64,000 nt of DNA from Candidatus Cloacimonadales bacterium (GTDB taxonomy: Bacteria; Cloacimonadota; Cloacimonadia; Cloacimonadales; JAIOQZ01). Numbering within the stretch: the first letter of the stretch is position 1; the number at the start of each line of letters is the position of its first letter. The DNA lies in contig OY771587.1 of the NCBI GenBank assembly GCA_963674825.1, positions 2,592,001-2,656,000 of the forward strand, read 5' to 3'. This document shows positions 28,989 through 36,973 of this stretch, piece after piece. Position numbers and translations under genes: made by a program. The notes under the pieces are model-generated. The model made no database searches, was not told the DNA's origin, and worked only from the letters and a program-made list of their open reading frames with translations.

Positions 28989-30605
28989 ATGGCTAAGTAT
29001 ATTTTTGTGATCGGCGGAGTGGTGTCTTCGCTGGGTAAGGGAATCGCGTCAGCGACGATCGGGCTGCTGCTCAAACGAATGGGCTATAAAATCGGTATGA
29101 TCAAACTCGATCCGTATCTGAATGTCGATCCGGGTACGATGAGCCCGTTCCAGCACGGCGAGGTTTTCGTAACCGACGACGGTGCAGAAACGGACCTCGA
29201 CCTCGGTCACTACGAACGCTTCATCGACAAGAACCTCACCAGGGCTTCAAACATGACCGCTGGAAGGATCTACGAAAGCGTGATCGATAAAGAACGCAAG
29301 GGCGTTTTTCTGGGTAAAACGGTCCAGGTGATCCCGCACGTAACCAACGAAATTATCCTCAACATTCGCAAGCAGGAAGCTGAAAACGATATCATCATCG
29401 TAGAGATCGGCGGAACCGTGGGCGATATCGAGAGCCTTCCGTTCCTGGAAGCAGTTCGTCAGATTCGTCTCGATGTGGGGCCACGTAACAGCCTGTTCGC
29501 ATTCCTCACCTATGTCCCGTATGTCCGCGCAGCCGGTGAACTCAAGACCAAACCAACGCAGCACAGCGTTTATAAACTGCGAGAAATCGGTATTCAGCCC
29601 GATGTGTTGCTTTGCCGCTCCGAAGAGAGCTTCAACGACGAGATCAAGTCTAAGATCGCGCTTTTTACCAACGTGCCCAAGACCCACGTGATCAACGCGA
29701 TCGACGTGGATCACATCTATCGCGTACCAGTCGTCTATTGTGAAGCCGGCTTGCCCAGTATCATCTGCCAGAGTTTGGATATCAAAGAGAAGTCGATCGA
29801 TCTGGGCGATTGGGATCAATTCTTGAAGAATCTTACCGAATCGGATCAGGAAGTGACAATCGCGATTTGCGGTAAATACGTCGAGCATCAGGACGCCTAC
29901 AAGAGCGTCGAGCAATCGCTGATTCACGCGGCGGCATTCCATCGCGTGAAGCCTAAATTCTGCTGGGTCGATACCGAAAAGGCCAACCACAATGACGAGA
30001 TGCAGAAAATGCTGAGTAATGTGGATGGAATCCTTGTTCCGGGTGGATTCGGCGTGCGTGGAATCGACGGCAAAATCGCGGTGGCGAGGTATGCTCGTGA
30101 AAATAACATCCCTTATTTCGGCATCTGCCTCGGTATGCAGGTGGCGGTGATCGAATTTGCCAAGAACGTCTGCGGCCTCAACGGCGCATATAGCGTGGAA
30201 TTCGACGAGACCTGCGAGCATCCGGTCATCTCCATGATGGAAGACCAGAAATACATGGAGTTGGTTGGCGGAACCATGCGTCTTGGCGCGTACGACTGTC
30301 TACTCAAGCCCGATACGTTGGCACATGGTATCTATCGTCAGGACCTCATCTCCGAACGCCATCGCCATCGCTACGAATTCAACAACGACTACCGTGAAAC
30401 CATCAACGAACACGGTATGAAAATAACCGGAACCACGCGCGAAAACCTGCTGGTCGAGATCGTGGAGATTCCGGAACATCCATTCTATATCGGCGTGCAG
30501 TTCCACCCGGAATTCAAGTCCCGTCCGAATCGCCCGCAGCCGATTTTCAGAGACTTTGTCGGCGCGGCGCTGAAGTACAGAATAGAAAAAGAGAACCGGA
30601 AGTAA
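28989..30605 (+). CDS. pyrG: CTP synthase
   Basis: GGVVSSLGKG, DPYLNVDPGTMSP, KTKPTQHSV, GICLGMQ, ERHRHRYE, QFHPE. Confidence 0.98.
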   Translation: MAKYIFVIGGVVSSLGKGIASATIGLLLKRMGYKIGMIKLDPYLNVDPGTMSPFQHGEVFVTDDGAETDLDLGHYERFIDKNLTRASNMTAGRIYESVIDKERKGVFLGKTVQVIPHVTNEIILNIRKQEAENDIIIVEIGGTVGDIESLPFLEAVRQIRLDVGPRNSLFAFLTYVPYVRAAGELKTKPTQHSVYKLREIGIQPDVLLCRSEESFNDEIKSKIALFTNVPKTHVINAIDVDHIYRVPVVYCEAGLPSIICQSLDIKEKSIDLGDWDQFLKNLTESDQEVTIAICGKYVEHQDAYKSVEQSLIHAAAFHRVKPKFCWVDTEKANHNDEMQKMLSNVDGILVPGGFGVRGIDGKIAVARYARENNIPYFGICLGMQVAVIEFAKNVCGLNGAYSVEFDETCEHPVISMMEDQKYMELVGGTMRLGAYDCLLKPDTLAHGIYRQDLISERHRHRYEFNNDYRETINEHGMKITGTTRENLLVEIVEIPEHPFYIGVQFHPEFKSRPNRPQPIFRDFVGAALKYRIEKENRK

Positions 30606-30618
30606 TATGGGAGGAGGC

Positions 30619-31824
30619 ATGACGATTGCTGCAATCAGTGACTGGCTGAACATCTCGATGCAAAGTGCGAGACTGGCAGCGGCTGCCGGCGTGCTGATCC
30701 TCTGCTGGGTTTTATATCTGATCGCGCGGCACATCCTTCTCAAGATCATCGATAAAGTGGTCGAGAAGACCAAGACTTATTGGGACGACGTACTGCGCAA
30801 ACACAAGGTTTTCCGGCGTATGGTGCTGGTAGTCCCGGTGCTGACGCTGTGGTTCTTTGTAGGGCTTTTCCCTGGCGCGCAAGCATTCATTCAAAAGCTC
30901 TGCATCTCGCTGATTGTCATGATCGGCGTGAGCGCTTTCAACGGAGTGTTGAGTAGCATCGAAGAGATTTACGGTGAATTGCCGGTATCTCGCGAAAGGC
31001 CCATCAAAGGTTTCATCCAGATCATCAAGCTGATCCTGATCATCTTTAGCCTGTTTGTGATCGTAGGCGTGCTCATCGATCGTTCGCCTATCTATCTCTT
31101 GAGTGGACTCGGCGCTATGACCGCCATCCTTCTGCTCATATTCAAAGACACTATTCTCTCGTTTGTCGCCAGTGTGCGAATCTCTACCAATGGCCTTATC
31201 AAGATCGGTGACTGGATCAGCTATCCACAGCACGATGCCGACGGCGAAGTGATCGACCTTGCACTGCATTCCATCCGCATCCGCAACTGGGACAAGACCA
31301 TCACCACGATTCCCATGCACAAGCTTCTGGAAGAATCGTTCAAGAACTGGCAGGGGATGGTCGAAACCGGCGGAAGGCGCATCAAGCGTTCGCTTTCTAT
31401 CGATATGAACAGCGTGCGATTTCTTGATGACGAGCTCTTGGAAAAGCTCTCCAAAATTCGTCTGCTGGAAAGCTATGTTAAAGAGAAGCAAGCGGAAATC
31501 GAGGCGTTCAACCGGGAGCTGGAGAAAGAAGGAAAGATTGGCAGCAGCCGCAGAATGACCAATTTCGGCACGTTCCGTGCCTATATTGCGGCGTATCTCA
31601 GAAGCTTGCCCACCATCCGAAAGGATATGACGTTCCTTATTCGCCATCTCGATCCTACGCCCAAGGGTATTCCGCTCGAGGTATACGTCTTCACCGCAAC
31701 CACCGAATGGGGTGCGTACGAGGCAATCCAGGCCGATATTTTCGATCACCTTCTGGCGATCATCTCCGAATTCGACCTGCGCGTATTCCAGGAGCCTTCC
31801 GGCTGGGATTGGCGAGAGAAATAG
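30619..31824 (+). CDS. Mechanosensitive ion channel, MscS family (YbdG/MscM type)
   Basis: GLGAMTAILLLIFKDTIL, GDWI, NWDKTITTIP, FKNWQGM..GGRRIKRS, TNFGTFRAY, FQEPSG; start at 30607 or 30619. Confidence 0.92.
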   Translation: MTIAAISDWLNISMQSARLAAAAGVLILCWVLYLIARHILLKIIDKVVEKTKTYWDDVLRKHKVFRRMVLVVPVLTLWFFVGLFPGAQAFIQKLCISLIVMIGVSAFNGVLSSIEEIYGELPVSRERPIKGFIQIIKLILIIFSLFVIVGVLIDRSPIYLLSGLGAMTAILLLIFKDTILSFVASVRISTNGLIKIGDWISYPQHDADGEVIDLALHSIRIRNWDKTITTIPMHKLLEESFKNWQGMVETGGRRIKRSLSIDMNSVRFLDDELLEKLSKIRLLESYVKEKQAEIEAFNRELEKEGKIGSSRRMTNFGTFRAYIAAYLRSLPTIRKDMTFLIRHLDPTPKGIPLEVYVFTATTEWGAYEAIQADIFDHLLAIISEFDLRVFQEPSGWDWREK

Positions 31825-31880
31825 TAAGCTCGATTCAGGCTAACAATTGGTTTTATGGGGCAGGTCGTATGGCTTGCCCT

Positions 31881-33302
31881 TTACTTCAACACCTCAATCT
31901 TCGGCTCCACATCCTCGAACTGTGGCAATACCGTGCCGATATTCGCGTAGGCATAGAATGGATCGCACACTACATAGCTACTACCATCGTAATCGACCTT
32001 ACTTCCAGGGATCACATCGCTCAGCAGAACACCAGCAGCAAAATACCCATCGTAATCAAGAGCCACAACATCGTAGTCGGTAAGAAGCTGGATCATGCCA
32101 ATAAAAAACCGCGTCCGAGCTCTGGAATCGGCGATGCCGCTTTCGATTAAAGCGTCAGCGGAATTGCCTGATGAGGATGTAGCCTGATCCTGTCGGAATG
32201 CGGATTGGGTGAACCGCAGGATGATATTGACTGCCTGCGCGCGATTTTTTCCGGCAAGTATGGGGGAGATAGCGGTAACGAGCGATTGCTCCAGCTCAGA
32301 TGAAAAAGCGATGGGTGCAAGGTTCGATTCTTCCGGCTGACTGCTGTAGTAGTCCACGAAAGATGGATTAAAAGCAATGCTGGCTGTGTAGGTTGAGTCG
32401 TCGTAGCTGAATTCGATGGCGCGATTCTGCTGTATTTTACCGACCAGCGGTTTCTTTCCTGATCGCATGTTGAGAAGGTTGTTGGCTTTGGGATATTTGC
32501 CATCATAGGTTTTGATCTTAATCGGCTGTGCCTTGGTGTTCTCGAAATCGAGGATGTAGTATGTACGATCATCGACCATGAGGTAGCGTGTGTCGAGTAG
32601 CTCCTGATCGGTGGGCACCATAAGATAGACGGTATCCTGCTCAAACCCGAGTCGTGCGTCGTAGCCTGTTTTGAGCAGCATAAACCAGATAAATACGTTG
32701 GTTTCGCTGGGGTCGTTGGCGGTGAGCTTGGAGCCTATCTTGTGCAGGAGGCGGCAATAGCCCCAGTCGTTGAGGTTGAGGTGCTCGCGATGCTTCCCGA
32801 GTTGTTCCGAGAGATCTTCCCATGGTGTGTTCGAAAGCTTGAACCACGCGTTGGCGATCGATTTCTCTTCGATGGGCAGGCTCAAATGCATGGTAAGCGA
32901 ATCGACGTAGCAGAACTCGAGCGGCAAGCCGAAATAGTCGATCTCAAATGATGTGCATGCCGCGGCCGGTGCGTAGGCGAGCTGCTCGTAGTTGGTGGGT
33001 TGATCGGCAGTTTTCACCTTGATGGGCAGCTCGTACATCGTCTTGGCCTGGTTGAGCTCCGGAGCTTTCCGGGCTTCCACTACAGGAATTCTTTCCGGTA
33101 GATCGGGCATGGGTGTCGTTTTACCGGTCGAGAGTTCGAACTCGGTCCAGTCGCGCTCCAGGAATCCCACAAAGAGCGAGTCCTGGCTGCTGCGATAGGA
33201 TGTCCAATCGTTTGACTGCCCATCGAGCCAGTCCTGGTAATCATCAGCCGGAAGCAGACTCAATGCCACCAGCATGCATGCGAAAAACAGTATTCTCTTC
33301 AT
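31881..33302 (-). CDS. Secreted hypothetical protein with a degenerate transglutaminase-like C-terminal domain
   Basis: Signal peptide MKRILFF; LNDWGY, WFMLLKTGYDARL, Y.VCDP.Y..ANIG. Confidence 0.7.
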   Translation of the reverse strand: MKRILFFACMLVALSLLPADDYQDWLDGQSNDWTSYRSSQDSLFVGFLERDWTEFELSTGKTTPMPDLPERIPVVEARKAPELNQAKTMYELPIKVKTADQPTNYEQLAYAPAAACTSFEIDYFGLPLEFCYVDSLTMHLSLPIEEKSIANAWFKLSNTPWEDLSEQLGKHREHLNLNDWGYCRLLHKIGSKLTANDPSETNVFIWFMLLKTGYDARLGFEQDTVYLMVPTDQELLDTRYLMVDDRTYYILDFENTKAQPIKIKTYDGKYPKANNLLNMRSGKKPLVGKIQQNRAIEFSYDDSTYTASIAFNPSFVDYYSSQPEESNLAPIAFSSELEQSLVTAISPILAGKNRAQAVNIILRFTQSAFRQDQATSSSGNSADALIESGIADSRARTRFFIGMIQLLTDYDVVALDYDGYFAAGVLLSDVIPGSKVDYDGSSYVVCDPFYAYANIGTVLPQFEDVEPKIEVLK

Positions 33303-33359
33303 CGTTAACCTCGTGCCTGAAGGATGCCCCGCGCACCGATTTTCGTCAATGAAAATGAA

Positions 33360-33388
33360 TTGACATCTCCGCCCTGGCTACGTACCTT
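33360..33388 (+). promoter_or_regulatory. Candidate sigma70 promoter
   Basis: TTGACA-17 nt-TACCTT upstream of the small CxxC gene. Confidence 0.55.
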
Positions 33389-33425
33389 TTGCGGTATAAA
33401 CCAAGCAAACGCGAAAGGAGACACT

Positions 33426-33659
33426 ATGTCAGAATTCAAACCAGTAACAGCCGATCAGTGGATCGAAGACATTTTAAGGGCCTATCCCGATTCTCAGGAC
33501 TTTCTGAGCAAACACGGCATCGTGTGCGTGATGTGCGGCGAGCCGGTTTGGGGAAGCCTCGAGGAGCAGATGGAAGAAAAGGGTTTTGATGACGAAAAGA
33601 AGCAAGAGCTTGTGGCCGAACTGAATAAATTCCTTGAAGCTCGGTACGGCGAGTCTTAA
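33426..33659 (+). CDS. DUF1858-like small protein with CxxC
   Basis: SD aaggag; I..IL.AYP....FL..HGI.CV.CG....GSLEE. Confidence 0.75.
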   Translation: MSEFKPVTADQWIEDILRAYPDSQDFLSKHGIVCVMCGEPVWGSLEEQMEEKGFDDEKKQELVAELNKFLEARYGES

Positions 33660-33683
33660 AGCTTATAAAAAACAAGATTGCGG

Positions 33684-33713
33684 TTGACACGAAACAGAAT
33701 TCATGTCTATTCT
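33684..33713 (+). promoter_or_regulatory. Candidate sigma70 promoter of the WOR-Bfu operon
   Basis: TTGACA-18 nt-TATTCT, about 95 nt before the ATG at 33808. Confidence 0.5.
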
Positions 33714-33807
33714 GACCAGTTATTTCTGTTTTAACGAGATAGCGCGATAACCACTAAAAACAACACCTGTGAGAAATACGTGATTCTTGCAGAGAAGGAG
33801 GATGTGA

Positions 33808-35100
33808 ATGCCTGCGATGCAGCTCGAAAAGATGCGTCAGGCTCACAAGATTCTTGCTGATATCCCCTTCGAGATCGTGCAGATTGACCGCGGATATGCT
33901 AACCGTACCCTGCATGTCGATATCAGTTCGAATACCGTCGAGACCAAACCCGTTTCCCAGGAGATGAAGGATCTCTGGATAGGCGGTAAAGGCTTCGATC
34001 TGTGGCTGACTTTCCAGCAAATCACCAAAGACACCAAGTGGAATGACCCGGAAAATCCGCTGTGTTTCAGCTCAGGACCTCTGGGCGGAACTACCTCGTT
34101 CCCGGGCTCCGGAAAGACCATCGCAACCGCGATCTCACCACTAACCAATTCCATGATGGACTGTAATGTCGGCGGCTATTTCGGCCCCTACCTCAAATTT
34201 GCCGGTTTCGACGCACTCAGCGTGTCCGGTAAGGCAACTGAAGAGACCATCGTGATGATCGACGCCGTGAAAGGTCGAATCACCATTGAACAGGCCCCGA
34301 TGGAAAGCGTCGATTCGCACATTCTTGCCGAAGAACTCACCGATATGTATGCCGACGACGAGCTCGACAAGCGTAACATCGCCGTGATCTCTGCCGGTAG
34401 TGGCGCAGACCACAGTCGCATGGGCGTACTCAACTTCTCTTTCTACGACTGGCGTCGTCGCGTTCCCCGGCTCAAACAGGCCGGCCGTGGTGGCATCGGT
34501 ACCGTTTTCCGCGACAAGAAGCTCAAGGCCATCGTGATCAAGAATCGCGGTATTACGCCGGCATGGCGCGTTCACGAGAGCAAGCCTGCCAAAATGATGC
34601 GCCCGAAAGAGCTTATAAGAGTCACTGATGATCGTATGCAGACCATTAGCGATATCATCGCCAAATGGAGCCGCGATCCCGAGTATGTAATCGAGATGAT
34701 GCAAGATATCCAGAACGAATTCCGGTGTATTCCGCAGGCAGCCATAGACGAGCTGACCGCACAGACCGGAACACCGCGTTCCTGGCTCTATCACATCGCA
34801 ACATTCTATAAAGCGTTCAGCCTGGAAGAAAAGGGCGAGACCATCATTCAGGTCTGTATGGGGACCGCTTGTCACGTCAAGGGCTCCGCGAAGCTTCTGG
34901 ACGCGTTCCAGCGTGAGCTGGGCTGTCCCGTTGGCGGAACCACGACAGATCGCAAGTTCAGCCTGGAAGGCGTTGCCTGCCTGGGCGCATGCTCCATCGC
35001 GCCGGTTGTGAAGATCGGCGAGGAGGTTCATGGCGGCGTGCAGGTCAAGGACGTGAAAAAGCTGATCGAACAAGCAAAGAAGGAGAAGGACCATGCCTAA
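33808..35100 (+). CDS. Fusion: aldehyde:ferredoxin oxidoreductase N-terminal domain + NuoE/HydC-like [2Fe-2S] subunit
   Basis: aa 1-245 carry IGGKG, DPEN.L.F..GPL.G, SPLT, GGYFG..LKFAGFDAL, AGRGGIGTV..DKKLKAIVIK; aa ~275-430 carry IATFYKAF, CMGTACHVKG, CLGACSIAP. Confidence 0.92.
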   Translation: MPAMQLEKMRQAHKILADIPFEIVQIDRGYANRTLHVDISSNTVETKPVSQEMKDLWIGGKGFDLWLTFQQITKDTKWNDPENPLCFSSGPLGGTTSFPGSGKTIATAISPLTNSMMDCNVGGYFGPYLKFAGFDALSVSGKATEETIVMIDAVKGRITIEQAPMESVDSHILAEELTDMYADDELDKRNIAVISAGSGADHSRMGVLNFSFYDWRRRVPRLKQAGRGGIGTVFRDKKLKAIVIKNRGITPAWRVHESKPAKMMRPKELIRVTDDRMQTISDIIAKWSRDPEYVIEMMQDIQNEFRCIPQAAIDELTAQTGTPRSWLYHIATFYKAFSLEEKGETIIQVCMGTACHVKGSAKLLDAFQRELGCPVGGTTTDRKFSLEGVACLGACSIAPVVKIGEEVHGGVQVKDVKKLIEQAKKEKDHA

Positions 35101-36973
35101 GCTATCACCACACGATATTCCTCGCATCGCCGGTGAAGAAAAGGCACGTCAGGCAGCCTGGAAGGGCATGTTGATGGTCTGTACCGGTACCGGTTGCGTA
35201 TCCGCGCATGGTTTCGACATTCTCCATGCATTACAGAAAGAAATCAAGGACGCCGGACTGGACAAGGAATGGGTCGCGGTAGGCACAGGCTGTAACGGCT
35301 TCTGCGCTGCCGGTCCGATCGTGGTTGTCCAGCCGCAGGGCGTATTTTATCAGAAGGTGCAGGTCGCGGACGCTAAAGCGATCGTTGACGAGCATCTCAA
35401 GGGCGGTACGCCGGTCGAGCGCATCCTGTTCAAGGATCCTGTCAGCGGTGTGGTAGCCCATACGATGGACGAGATCGGCTTCTTCCGCAAACAGCAGTTG
35501 ATCGCGCTCCGCAACAAGGGTCTCATCGATCCCGAGAATATCCAGCACTACATCGCGCGTGGCGGATACGAAGCGTTACGCAAGGTTCTGGAGCGGAAAG
35601 AACCGGAAATGGTCATTCAGGAAGTGATCGCATCCGGTATTCGCGGACGTGGTGGCGGTGGTTTCCCGACCGGCATCAAATGGAAATCCGGTCGCAAGGC
35701 TGCCGAAGAGCGTAAGGAAGAAATCTATGTGGTCTGTAACGCGGACGAGGGCGATCCCGGTGCATACATGGACCGCAGTATCATCGAGACCGATCCGCAC
35801 TCGGTGCTGGAAGGTCTGCTGATCGGTGGTTTTGCCGTGGGCGCGAAAGAAGGCTTCGTCTATATCCGTAAAGAATATCCGCTGGCTATGGATCGACTGC
35901 ACATCGCGATCGACCAGGCTCGCGAGATGGGCCTGCTGGGCAAAGACATCCTTGGTTCGGGCTTCGATTTCGATATCCACGTGCATCGCGGCGCAGGCGC
36001 GTTCGTCTGTGGCGAATCGACCGCACTCATGGCCTCCATGTCAGGTCGTGCGGGTGAGCCGCGCGCCAAGTATGTCCACAACGTCGAATATGGCTATCGC
36101 GACAAGCCCACTGTGCTTAACAACGTTGAGACCTGGGCAAATATCCCGGTGATCCTCGAAAAGGGCGCGCAGTGGTTTGCAAGCATTGGCTCCGGCGACG
36201 TGAGCGAAAACCCGTGGAACGGCTCCAGCGGTGCGAAAGTGTTCTCGCTGGTAGGGGATATCCGCAATACGGGTCTCGTTGAAGCGCCGATGGGCATCTC
36301 ACTGCGAGAGATCATCGAAGATATCGGCGGTGGCATCCCGAACGGGCGGCAGTTCAAGGCCGTGCAGACGGGTGGCCCCAGTGGTGGCTGCATTCCCGCA
36401 TCCATGCTGGATATGACCGTCGATTTCGATTCGCTGACCGACGCCGGCTCCATGATGGGCTCAGGCGGCATGATCGTAATGGACGACCATACTTGTATGG
36501 TTGACGTGGCGCGCTATTTCATCGACTTCCTCGTCGATGAGAGCTGCGGTAAGTGCACGCCTTGCCGTGAGGGACTTTTCCATATGCGGAACATCCTTCA
36601 GCGCATCTGTGACGGGAAAGGCAAGGAAGGCGACATCCAGACACTTGAAGAGCTAGCGTATACGATTCGCGAGACAAGCCTCTGTCAGCTCGGTGCGAGC
36701 GCACCCAATCCGGTGCTGTCTACGCTGCGTTATTTCCGTGAAGAATACGAAGAACACATTCGAGATAAAACGTGCCGTGCGGGAGTCTGCAAGGCATTGA
36801 TACACTACGAGATCAACGACAAGTGCGTAGGCTGTACGGCGTGCGCGAAGGCCTGCCCGGTAGATGCAATTCAGGGCGAGGTCAAGAAATTGCACACCAT
36901 CGATCTCGAGAAGTGCATCAAGTGCGGCATCTGCTATGAAACCTGTAAGTTCGATGCAGTGGAGGTGAAGTAA
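35093..36973 (+). CDS. HydB/NuoF-like (BfuB) NAD(H)/FMN-binding flavoprotein with N-terminal [2Fe-2S] and C-terminal 2x[4Fe-4S]
   Basis: CTGTGC...GCNGFC; GIRGRGGGGFPTG; NADEGDPGAYMDR; GAGAFVCGE; GGPSGGC; SCGKCTPCREG; HIRDKTCRAGVC; CVGCTACAKACP; CIKCGICYETC. Confidence 0.95.
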   Translation: MPKLSPHDIPRIAGEEKARQAAWKGMLMVCTGTGCVSAHGFDILHALQKEIKDAGLDKEWVAVGTGCNGFCAAGPIVVVQPQGVFYQKVQVADAKAIVDEHLKGGTPVERILFKDPVSGVVAHTMDEIGFFRKQQLIALRNKGLIDPENIQHYIARGGYEALRKVLERKEPEMVIQEVIASGIRGRGGGGFPTGIKWKSGRKAAEERKEEIYVVCNADEGDPGAYMDRSIIETDPHSVLEGLLIGGFAVGAKEGFVYIRKEYPLAMDRLHIAIDQAREMGLLGKDILGSGFDFDIHVHRGAGAFVCGESTALMASMSGRAGEPRAKYVHNVEYGYRDKPTVLNNVETWANIPVILEKGAQWFASIGSGDVSENPWNGSSGAKVFSLVGDIRNTGLVEAPMGISLREIIEDIGGGIPNGRQFKAVQTGGPSGGCIPASMLDMTVDFDSLTDAGSMMGSGGMIVMDDHTCMVDVARYFIDFLVDESCGKCTPCREGLFHMRNILQRICDGKGKEGDIQTLEELAYTIRETSLCQLGASAPNPVLSTLRYFREEYEEHIRDKTCRAGVCKALIHYEINDKCVGCTACAKACPVDAIQGEVKKLHTIDLEKCIKCGICYETCKFDAVEVK

